This document shows positions 39,938 to 49,400 of a stretch of DNA of 64,000 nt, in pieces. The notes beneath the pieces are model-generated. The model worked only from the letters and a program-made list of their open reading frames with translations. It did not search any database and had not been told where the DNA came from. The position numbers and the translations under genes were made by a program. The stretch lies in assembly GCA_963665095.1 (NCBI GenBank), contig OY762069.1, forward strand, positions 640,001-704,000. The letters run 5' to 3'. The stretch is from an uncultured Desulfobacter sp. (GTDB lineage: Bacteria > Desulfobacterota > Desulfobacteria > Desulfobacterales > Desulfobacteraceae). The stretch's first letter is position 1. Every line of letters starts with the position of its first letter.

Positions 39938-40951
39938 ATGAAGCTTGCCTGGATCTGGCCGTTTATGTTATCAGGAGTCATTCTCTGGGCGTTCTGGCGA
40001 TATGATTTTTCAGAAGCGGTTAAAGCGTATCACACGATTGATTGGCCGCTGATAGGCCTGTCCTTTATTTTTAATGTGTGCATTTTGTACTTTCGTGCAT
40101 ATAAATGGGCACTTGTTTTCAAACCCATGGCCCAAAGATTATCCCATTTCAACGGATGCCTGTCAGTCTTTGCCGGCTGCCTTGTGAATATGGTGGTACC
40201 GGCCCGGGCCGGCGGCCTGGTCCAGGCATGGATTATCGGCAGAAAGGAACATGTCAGTGTGAGTGCGGCGCTTGGCACTGTCACGCTGGTTCGGATTTTT
40301 GACAGTGCCATGCTTGTTTTTTTGGGGCTATGGGTTTTTATTTTTCTGAACATACCCAAAGCAGGAAATGACTACATTATATCAGTTATTAAAGCAGCAG
40401 GGTCGGCTGGTTTTTTTTTGGTGATTCTTGTTATTATCCTGTTCATGTTCACCCGGAACCCAAATGCCATGGACAGAATGTTGTTCTTTTTGTTTAAATT
40501 CTTGCCTGGCCGGCTTAAGCCGGGAACAACGCAGGCGGTCATTGGATTCCGGCAGGGGTTAATGGGTCTTAACTCTGTCTGGATTGTCGGTTTCAGCCTT
40601 TTGTTGAGCCTTGTTTTCTGGTTGCTTTGCGCTGTGAACGTCTATATTCTGCTCAACGCCCTTGGCCTGGAAGTGGCCGGGATAATCAGTCCGATACTGC
40701 TTCTGCTGGCACAGGCATTTTCCATGGGCATTCCGGCTCCGGCCAATGCCGGTCCCTACCATGCAGCGACGATAACGGTACTGGCTTTGTATGGAATTCC
40801 GTCTCAATCCGCATTATACGCCGCCGTGATTATGCATGGGGTCATGTTTATTTCAAATACGTTTCCCGGTCTGTTGTACCTGTGGCTGGATAAAACAGAA
40901 GTTGTTACGATGCTGAAAGGAATCAATGATGTCAGAAGAAACCTGCAGTAA
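39938..40951 (+). CDS. Lysylphosphatidylglycerol synthase TM / flippase-like membrane protein (UPF0104)
   Basis: FRAYKW, NMVVPARAG, VRIFD, PAPANAGPYH; multiple TM helices. Confidence 0.85.
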   Translation: MKLAWIWPFMLSGVILWAFWRYDFSEAVKAYHTIDWPLIGLSFIFNVCILYFRAYKWALVFKPMAQRLSHFNGCLSVFAGCLVNMVVPARAGGLVQAWIIGRKEHVSVSAALGTVTLVRIFDSAMLVFLGLWVFIFLNIPKAGNDYIISVIKAAGSAGFFLVILVIILFMFTRNPNAMDRMLFFLFKFLPGRLKPGTTQAVIGFRQGLMGLNSVWIVGFSLLLSLVFWLLCAVNVYILLNALGLEVAGIISPILLLLAQAFSMGIPAPANAGPYHAATITVLALYGIPSQSALYAAVIMHGVMFISNTFPGLLYLWLDKTEVVTMLKGINDVRRNLQ

Positions 40952-43900
40952 CCGATTCCCGCTCTCCCTTGTCCAGGAGGAGATCTGGCTGTCCCAGATG
41001 ATTCATAATGGTTTGCCTTTGTACAATATTGGCGGGTTTTATAAGCTTAACGGCTTCATTGACACAGAAATTTTTATCCGTGCCCATGAGATGATGACCC
41101 GGCAGAATGACGCTTTCCGGATGCGGTTTCAAAAAGGTGAGACACTTCCCTGGATTGAATTTTGTGACACGGCCCGTCCGGTAACACTCAAGGATTTTTC
41201 GCAGCATGCGGATCCGGACAGAGCCGCCATGCAATGGTGGGAAAAACTGTTTTGTACGCCCTATGAAATTCATGATGCCCAGTTGTCCCGGTATTATCTG
41301 GTAAAGGCCTGTGATACACAGTTCTATTATGTGGCTTCCGGCCATCACCTTTCCATGGACGGTTTTTCATTTGCCCTTCTTATCAGGCGGATTGCTGAAA
41401 ATTATAATGCCCTGATCAATGGTACCAATACAGATAACAAGCCCTCCTACAGGGAGTTTATTTCCAGCGATGCCGCTTACAGACAATCAGAGGCCTTTAA
41501 GGCGGCTAAGGCCTTTTGGACAAATAAATTTTCTGTTATACCCAAGCCGGTGATTCCACGTCGTTATGCGGCAGGATACGGCCGTACGGCGGTCCCCAGT
41601 GTTTTTTCCCACATTCTTCTAACGCCTGAGTTTTACGATCAGCTCATCGGACTGTCTGCGCAGCATAAAGGAAACGTTTTTTTTCTTCTGGCGGCAGTTC
41701 TTTATACCTATTTCCTGCGGACAACGGATATTGAAACCTTTGTTTTCTCCATGCCGCTTCTCAACCGGCCATCCCCTGAATTCATGGGGACAATGGGGCC
41801 TTTTGTCAACGTGATTCCGGTCTGTCTTGATTTTGGTCTGGATATTGACATTCAAACCTTTTTCAAGCGGCTCAAAGCCGAGCTTAAAGAATCTTTGCCG
41901 TTCCAGCGTTTCCCCTTAGGTGAGATCAACAGGGCAGCCGGCTTAAATAAAACCGGCCGCAGCCAGATTTTTGATATCAGCCTCTCCTATGAGCGGTTTG
42001 ACTACAAAATTGATTTCAACGGCACGCCCTTTGAAGTCAACACCATGCACAACGGGTGGGACCAGACCCCTTTGACCCTGGCCATCAAGGAATATCAGAA
42101 GGAATTAGGGGTAAAGCTGGAGTTCTATTATAACTTAAGCGCATATAAAGCAGGCGAAATTGATTACCTCATGGAACGGGTCCGGTTCATGCTGGAACAG
42201 ATGGCTGAAAACCCCGGCATCGCCCTGAACCAGCTTAAAATCATACCGGAAAGGGAGACGCACAAACTGCTCAATGGGTTTAACGCGAATGCCAGAAACG
42301 CCCCGGTACCTTCCGGCAACATCTGTGACAGGTTCAAACAGGCTGCTATGGCCTATTCCGACTGCACGGCCGTTCAGTTCGGCAGCCGGCAGATCACCTA
42401 CCAGACCCTTGATCGCAGGTCTGAGTGTCTGGCCGCCTATCTTCGCCCCTTTCTGAAACAGCCTGAAAATATTGTGGGCATTTATGCCCAAAAATCCATT
42501 GAGATGGTGGTGGGTATCCTTGCCGTTGTCAAGGCGGGCGGTGCCTATTTACCCTTGGATCCGGACTATCCTTCTGACCGCATTCGGTTCATGATTGAGG
42601 ATTCCGGCACAGATGTCATTTTGACCCAGAAACACCTTGTGCGAAATCTGGGCAGCGAAAAAGACCATACCCTGGTGGTCCTGGATGATTTTTTCTATGG
42701 CGATCATCCCGTTGAAAAAACAAAATATGATCTGACTTCAGATCATATTGCCTATGTGATTTATACCTCCGGCACAACAGGCCGTCCCAAAGGGGTCATG
42801 TGTACCCACGGCGGGCTTGTCAACCTTGTGGCGGCCCAGAATCGGATATTTGACATTACCCACGAAAGTCGGCTTCTGCAATTTGCATCCCTGTGCTTTG
42901 ATGCTTCTGTTTCAGAGGTCTTCACCGCGCTGACCGCAGGTGCGACGCTGGTTCTGGCCGGCAAAGACCAGTTAATGCCGGGGCGGCCGTTGCTGGACAC
43001 CCTTGATACGCAAAAAATTACCCACGTAACCCTGCCACCTTCGGCCCTGGCCGTTATGGATCCTTGCCCGCTGTCGCACCTTTCAACCCTGGTCACGGCA
43101 GGAGAACCCTGTCCGGCCAGGCTGTTCAGAAAATGGGGCAAGGGATTAAGATTTATTAATGCTTACGGACCCACTGAAGCCACGGTGTGTGCTTCTGCCA
43201 GGATATGCAGCCATGAAACCACCACTAACCTGCCCATGGGAACGCCCATAGACAATACCTGCCTTTATGTGCTTGATGCCAATCTTGAGCCGGTACCTTT
43301 GGGGGTACCAGGCCATTTGTATATTGCCGGTGCCGGGGTGGCAAAAGGATACCTGAACCGGCCTGAACTGACCCGGGAAAAATTTATTGAAAATCCCTTT
43401 AAACACATGGACGGATACGATCGGTTATACCACACCGGGGATATGGTCCGGTTTTTAACAGACACCTCCATGATGTTTATGGGGAGGGGGGATCATCAGG
43501 TCAAGATAAGAGGCTACCGGATTGAACCTGAAGAGGTTGAAAAGGTGATTTCCGATCATCCCAGGGTATCGGAAGTGGCTGTCGTTCCTAAAACACTTCC
43601 GTCATTGGACAGGTATCTTGCTGCGTTTTATTCAATCGGAAGCACACCGGCTGACAACGCCTGCACCGCAGATATCAGGCAGTTTGCCAAGCAGCGCCTC
43701 CCCGAATATATGATCCCTGCCCGTTTTATTCCCATGGGCAGGCTGCCCCATACAGGCGCCGGAAAGCTGGACCGTCGCAAGCTTGAGGAAACAGAGCCCG
43801 AAAGTACCTGTTCTCAACAGCCTGACGCACCACCGGCAGATGAAACAGAAAAAAAGGTACAGGCCCAGTTTGAAAAAGCCATGAATGGCGCAGCCCCGGC

Positions 43901-44813
43901 CATTGGCGTTCATGACGATTTTTTTGAATCCGGTATGGATTCCCTGACAGCAGTGCGGTTCATCAATCACCTGGAAAAAGCCTTCAGCCACAGGGTGTTG
44001 TTTTCAGAACTGATGAATAACAGCACGATCCATTCGCTTGCCAGGCTGTTTTCACTTCATGGGGATACGCGAAAGGCGGACCGCCGGATGCTTGTACCCA
44101 TTACAAACAGTGGCGATAAAGCTCCGTTTTTCTGCGTTACTGCCGGATACGGGGATGTGGTTAAACTGCGCGGTCTTTCCCTGCACCTTGGAAAAAATCA
44201 GCCCTTTTTCATGCTGCAGCCCAATACCATTGACAGGGCCGTTGCCGCTACTACCCTGGCACAGCAGTACAAGGCGGAAATTTTGCGGCAAAATCCCGAT
44301 GGTCCCTACCTGCTTGGCGGATACAGTGCCGGCGGTGTGCTGGCCTATGAAACAGCACGTCTGCTTCAGGAGCAGGGATGTGACGTGGCGCTTCTGGTCA
44401 TGATCGGTGCGCCGTGGAGCTATGGAAAATCTATCCATCTGGTGAACAGAAAAATTCGGCGCCTGATATTAAAGCTGCTGCCGGACCCTGGGGATAAGAT
44501 CGCCTCAAATTTTTTAGAAATTCTGCGTGCCATTTTTCTTGACCAGGGGCTTCAATATCATCTGGATTCCCTTGTGGGTTATTGTCCAAAGGGGTATAAA
44601 GGAAAAACTGACTATTTTCAGGGGAAATGGGCCATGTCCAGATTTCTGGGCACCCACCGCAACTGGATGAGACGTGCCAGGGGCCCTTTTAACCTGCACA
44701 TGCTCCCCGGCAATCATGACAGCTTCATGAGAGAACCCCATGTGGCCGTTCTGGCCCAAAGGCTGAAGCGTTGCCTCAGTGCCGTTGACCGGGAAAAAGG
44801 GGGGTACAAATGA
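40926..44813 (+). CDS. Mono-modular NRPS (C-A-T-TE)
   Basis: C: HHLSMDG; A: YTSGTTGRPKG, NAYGPTE, YHTGD, GKLDR; T: DDFFESGMDSL; TE: GYSAG, GNHDS. Confidence 0.96.
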   Translation: MMSEETCSNRFPLSLVQEEIWLSQMIHNGLPLYNIGGFYKLNGFIDTEIFIRAHEMMTRQNDAFRMRFQKGETLPWIEFCDTARPVTLKDFSQHADPDRAAMQWWEKLFCTPYEIHDAQLSRYYLVKACDTQFYYVASGHHLSMDGFSFALLIRRIAENYNALINGTNTDNKPSYREFISSDAAYRQSEAFKAAKAFWTNKFSVIPKPVIPRRYAAGYGRTAVPSVFSHILLTPEFYDQLIGLSAQHKGNVFFLLAAVLYTYFLRTTDIETFVFSMPLLNRPSPEFMGTMGPFVNVIPVCLDFGLDIDIQTFFKRLKAELKESLPFQRFPLGEINRAAGLNKTGRSQIFDISLSYERFDYKIDFNGTPFEVNTMHNGWDQTPLTLAIKEYQKELGVKLEFYYNLSAYKAGEIDYLMERVRFMLEQMAENPGIALNQLKIIPERETHKLLNGFNANARNAPVPSGNICDRFKQAAMAYSDCTAVQFGSRQITYQTLDRRSECLAAYLRPFLKQPENIVGIYAQKSIEMVVGILAVVKAGGAYLPLDPDYPSDRIRFMIEDSGTDVILTQKHLVRNLGSEKDHTLVVLDDFFYGDHPVEKTKYDLTSDHIAYVIYTSGTTGRPKGVMCTHGGLVNLVAAQNRIFDITHESRLLQFASLCFDASVSEVFTALTAGATLVLAGKDQLMPGRPLLDTLDTQKITHVTLPPSALAVMDPCPLSHLSTLVTAGEPCPARLFRKWGKGLRFINAYGPTEATVCASARICSHETTTNLPMGTPIDNTCLYVLDANLEPVPLGVPGHLYIAGAGVAKGYLNRPELTREKFIENPFKHMDGYDRLYHTGDMVRFLTDTSMMFMGRGDHQVKIRGYRIEPEEVEKVISDHPRVSEVAVVPKTLPSLDRYLAAFYSIGSTPADNACTADIRQFAKQRLPEYMIPARFIPMGRLPHTGAGKLDRRKLEETEPESTCSQQPDAPPADETEKKVQAQFEKAMNGAAPAIGVHDDFFESGMDSLTAVRFINHLEKAFSHRVLFSELMNNSTIHSLARLFSLHGDTRKADRRMLVPITNSGDKAPFFCVTAGYGDVVKLRGLSLHLGKNQPFFMLQPNTIDRAVAATTLAQQYKAEILRQNPDGPYLLGGYSAGGVLAYETARLLQEQGCDVALLVMIGAPWSYGKSIHLVNRKIRRLILKLLPDPGDKIASNFLEILRAIFLDQGLQYHLDSLVGYCPKGYKGKTDYFQGKWAMSRFLGTHRNWMRRARGPFNLHMLPGNHDSFMREPHVAVLAQRLKRCLSAVDREKGGYK

Positions 44814-46042
44814 ATATCACCATTGTCGCACTGGGCTCCAGTGGCGATGTATATCCAACCCTTGCGCTGGGTATTGGTTTGCAAAAAGCGGGATGCCGGG
44901 TCTGCCTGGCTGCCAACCCTCTCTTTGAAGCCGATATCCTGAAACGCGGTATTACGTTTTTTCCCATCCGCACCTTATTAAGGCAGTCCCTGGCCAGCAG
45001 TCCCAACAGTCTGTATCCGGCCAAATCCCTTGACCCCTTGCGGTTTCTCGGTTTGAAAAAGCGTCATATCACGCCGATCATGGAAAGCATTGTCTCCGAT
45101 ATCCGCGATGCCTGCCAGGATGCGGATTTGATTCTTTATAATATGCTGGGACTTCCTGCCCATTATTTTGCACGGCAGATGGGTATCAAAGCCTGCCCCA
45201 TCTGCCTTCAGCCCCTGGGCCGGACCAAGGGGTTTCCAAGTCCTGTGATTTCATCAAGCATTCCTGTGCCTAAAATGCTGAATGCCGCAAGTTACTGGAT
45301 TGTTGAAAAATGTATGAATCTGTTTTTACGAAACAGCGGACAGCTGAAGGGCAGGTCGTCTTTCAAAGATCTCATTCAGGAGCTGTATTCAGATAATATT
45401 CCCGTGCTCCATGGCTTCAGCTCCTGTGTGCTGCCAAAACCGTCTGACTGGTCGGACAGCATGCATATTACCGGATACTGGTTTCTGGATACCCCTATGG
45501 ACTGGCAGGCGGATGAAGATCTTCTGGCATTCCTGAAAAAAGGGCCTGCCCCTGTGTGTGTGGGCTTTGGTTCCATGAATGATCCCGATATCACCACCAT
45601 TATCAAAAAGGCGGTTCAGGGTGTGCTTGAGGCCGGTCACCGGGCGCTTCTTCTGACCGGATGGAGCGGAGAGGCGTTTAAGGACCTTAGTTGTCCGGAT
45701 CTTTACGTGGCAAAGAGCATTCCTCACTCCTGGCTTTTTCCACAGGTATCTGCCGTGGTGCATCATGGCGGTGCCGGCACCACCGCTGCAGCCATCAGAG
45801 CAGGTATTCCGTCAGTGATTATTCCCTTCTTTTTTGATCAGGGATTCTGGGCCGATCGTCTGGAAAAACTTGGCGCAGGCCCTCCGCTTCTGTCCAAAAA
45901 GACCTTAAGCCCCGGAACCATGGCATCCTGCATTAACCAGGCCCTGGATGACAGACACCTCCATGATAAACTGGACCGGCTCAGTTTTCAGGTGAACATG
46001 GAAAACGGGGTTGAGAATGCGGTCAGCCTTCTGCTGGCATAG
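44810..46042 (+). CDS. Family 1 glycosyltransferase (sterol glucosyltransferase / GT28-N type)
   Basis: GSSGDVYP, TGYWFL, VGFGSM, PHSWLFP, HHGGAGTT, PFFFDQ. Confidence 0.93.
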   Translation: MNITIVALGSSGDVYPTLALGIGLQKAGCRVCLAANPLFEADILKRGITFFPIRTLLRQSLASSPNSLYPAKSLDPLRFLGLKKRHITPIMESIVSDIRDACQDADLILYNMLGLPAHYFARQMGIKACPICLQPLGRTKGFPSPVISSSIPVPKMLNAASYWIVEKCMNLFLRNSGQLKGRSSFKDLIQELYSDNIPVLHGFSSCVLPKPSDWSDSMHITGYWFLDTPMDWQADEDLLAFLKKGPAPVCVGFGSMNDPDITTIIKKAVQGVLEAGHRALLLTGWSGEAFKDLSCPDLYVAKSIPHSWLFPQVSAVVHHGGAGTTAAAIRAGIPSVIIPFFFDQGFWADRLEKLGAGPPLLSKKTLSPGTMASCINQALDDRHLHDKLDRLSFQVNMENGVENAVSLLLA

Positions 46043-46426
46043 CTCTGGCTTTTTCACCGGCCTGCTTACATCCTGTGTTGCGGGGCGTTTTAGAGGTATT
46101 TTATCTAACTTCACGTCATCATTTTTTGTTTTGTACGACAGAAAACTGACAGTTGCTTTTTTTAAATCAAAGTACTAAGCTCTGCCTTGTGTAGTGGCAA
46201 GACAGCGCGAAGCCTTTAAGAGATGATACGAAACACATTTCATTACATGGTTTAAAGGACATGATTTACATATCCCGGCAGATTGGCTTTGATCTGTCCC
46301 TTCTTGATAGTCTGCGAATGCTGCCTGCCATTGTTTGCCCTTCTTTGGAATTAACTTTATTGCGGATATAACCTGCGTCATTAAAAAAAGATTTAATTAT
46401 TATTTAAGTCTTTGCTGGAAAACACG

Positions 46427-49400
46427 ATGCGCTTAACTATACTTCCTGCCTGTGTCACATATCTGTTTTCTGTCCTGTTTCTGTGGTTCATGACTGTAGT
46501 TTCTGCCATGGGCAGCCAGATACCGGAGAAGGTTGAAGTGGCTGTGGGAATGGACTCTGTTCCCTATTATTATTTAGATCAGGACAATCAGGCCGCCGGC
46601 CTGGTGGTAGATATCTGGAAGCTGTGGTCCAGGCAGACCGGAATTAAGGTAGTATTTAAATCCTATCCATTTTATCAGACCCTGACCGCCGTACAGGATG
46701 GTGAGGCTGATATTCACGCCGGATGCTTTTTCAGTGAAGAGCGAAGCAGATCCCTTGATTTCGTCACGCCTGTGGCAACGGTGCGAACCCATTTTTTTGT
46801 CAGGAAAAATATACTGGGCGTCAAAAGCCTGGTGGATTTAAGGGGATTTCGCATTGGTGTCATCAAAGGAGATGCCGCCATCGGCTACTTGAAACAAAAG
46901 ATGCCCGATGCCTCCCTGGCCATGTATACAGATAACCAGTCTTTGTTTAATGCTGTAAAATCCGGTGATATTCTTGCCTTTGTGAAAGATACCAATATCG
47001 CCCTGGCCATGCTGAAACAAAAGGGGATTTTAAGCCAGTACCGGTATTTTGATCAGGAACCCCTTTATGAAGCAGACTGGCTTTGCGCCGTGCGCCGGGG
47101 CAATACGGATTTGGCAGACATCGTCAGAAACGGGATGCAGTCCATTGCCCAAAGTAAAAAAGAGGCGGTTCTCCAGAAATGGACCGGCAGAACACAGGCA
47201 TTGGACGCAGATGCTCTGATTATAGCCTGCTGCAGTGAATATCCGCCCATGTCCATGATCAGTGCATCCGGCCATCCTTCCGGCATGCTGGTGGATGTCT
47301 GGCGGCTGTGGTCTGCCAAAACAGGGCAGAAAATAAAATTCCGATTTTTCAACTGGGAAGATTCCCTCAAAGCCCTTGAGGATGGCAGGGCTGATATCCA
47401 CTCCGGGCTGTTCAGATCTATCACGCGGGAGAAGTCTCTGGGATTTTCCAAACCTTTCTACCGGGTGGAAAGTGGCTTTTTCTATCGACTTGGGCCGGAT
47501 GCCCCTGAAAGGCTTTCCGATCTGAAAGATAAACCTGTTGGCGTTGATGCCGGCACCATTCAGCTGGATTATCTGCAAAGCGGTAATCATGCTTTTCACC
47601 CCTTTCCGGTAAAAACAGATCTTATCCATGAAGCCGCCCAGGGATCTTTTGATGCGTTTTTTGCCGAATTGCCATATGTATCAGCGCAGCTGGAGCGTAG
47701 AGGAGAGCAGGGCGTGTACGATCTTTTACCCCAGGGCCGGCTGGTTATGGCGCTCCATGCCGGGGTGGCAAAGAAGCATTCCGCACGCCTTGATACCATA
47801 GACAAAGGGTTTGCCGCCATTTCCGATGTTGAACTGGCAGATATAGAGGCCCGCTGGATTAAAGATCCGGACCTGCGCCGGTTCAGCAGCGATGCGCTGG
47901 AAAATATACTCTCCCGGGAAGAGAAGAACTGGTTGAAAGATCACCAGGTCATTCCCCTTCTTGGCGATGCTACCTGGCCCCCCATTGGATTTGCCGATGA
48001 GACTGGCCGGTACAAAGGGGTGGCGGCTGACTATATAAAGCTGATCGGCCGTCGTCTAGGGGTCCGTTTTGAGGTTATCAGTGATTATACCTGGAACCAG
48101 ATGATGACCCAGGTCAAGTCCGGCAAGGCAAACGGCATCACCTGTATTGTCCGGGAAAATGACAGGGAAAATTTTCTTTCATTCAGTAACCCCTATTTTG
48201 TGTGCCCCTATGTGATTGTTACCCGAAAGGACCGTCCGGCCATATCCGGTATTGAGGACCTGTCTGGCAGGACACTGGCCATTGAGAATGGGTATTTTCT
48301 TCATACCCGGCTGAAACAGGAGTACCCGAAAGTCATTCTTAAACCCGTGGAGAATACCCGGACGGCCCTTGACACTGTTGTCACTGGAGAAGCAGATGCC
48401 TATATCGGCAATCTCATGGTGATCAAATACCTGTTGAATGAAAAAGGGATCAGCGATCTGAAGATTGCAGCCCCGTCCCCATGGCCCGGTTCCAGATTAT
48501 GCATGGGTATCCGCAAGGACTGGCCCTTTTTGATATCCGCCATTGACAAGGCCATTGAAAATATCTCCCAGGAATCACACCGGCTGATTAACCAGCACTG
48601 GATGGAGGATTCAGGGGATATGGAACAGGAGGTCATGTTTCTGCTCTCTCCCCGTGAGAAAGCATGGTTGAAAGCCCATCCCGAAATAAGGCTTGGGATT
48701 GATCCTGCCTGGCCGCCCTTTGAATTTTTTTCAAGGAAATACGGATACTCAGGACTGGCTTCTGAATATATCCGGCAGATTGGAAAACGGCTTAATATAA
48801 CCATGACCCCTCAAACCGGTCAGACCTGGCCCGAGGCTCTGGACATGGGGAAAAACAGGGCAGTGGACCTGTTTCCCTGTATTGTCCCCAGCCCGGGCAG
48901 GAAGCAATTCCTTGAATTCACAAAACCATATCTCTCTTTTCCCATGGTGGTGGCCGCCAGGGCCAGTTTCCCCTTTATCAGTGGCCTCAATGAACTGGAA
49001 GGAAAGAAGGTGGTTGTGGTCAAAGGCTATGTATCCCATGAGATCCTTGAAAAAGAGTTTCCCCGTCTTGAACTTGAGACTGTGGAATCGGTTAATCATG
49101 GATTGAAACTGGTCAGCCAGGGCAGGGCAGACGTTTTTGTGGGAAATCTGGCATCCATTACCTACAGTTCCAAGAAAATGGGACTGACCAATATTAAAAT
49201 TTCCGCAGTTACCCCATACCTGTTTGAGTTGTCCATGGGCGTCAGGAAGGACTGGCCCCAACTTGTATCCATCCTTGATAAAACCCTGAACACCATGCCC
49301 GAGGCTGAAAAAAATAAAATCCGGGATGCATGGATCAGCATGCAGTTTGAGCACCGGATCAACTGGAGCCTTCTGTGGAAATGGATCCTGGGCATGACAC

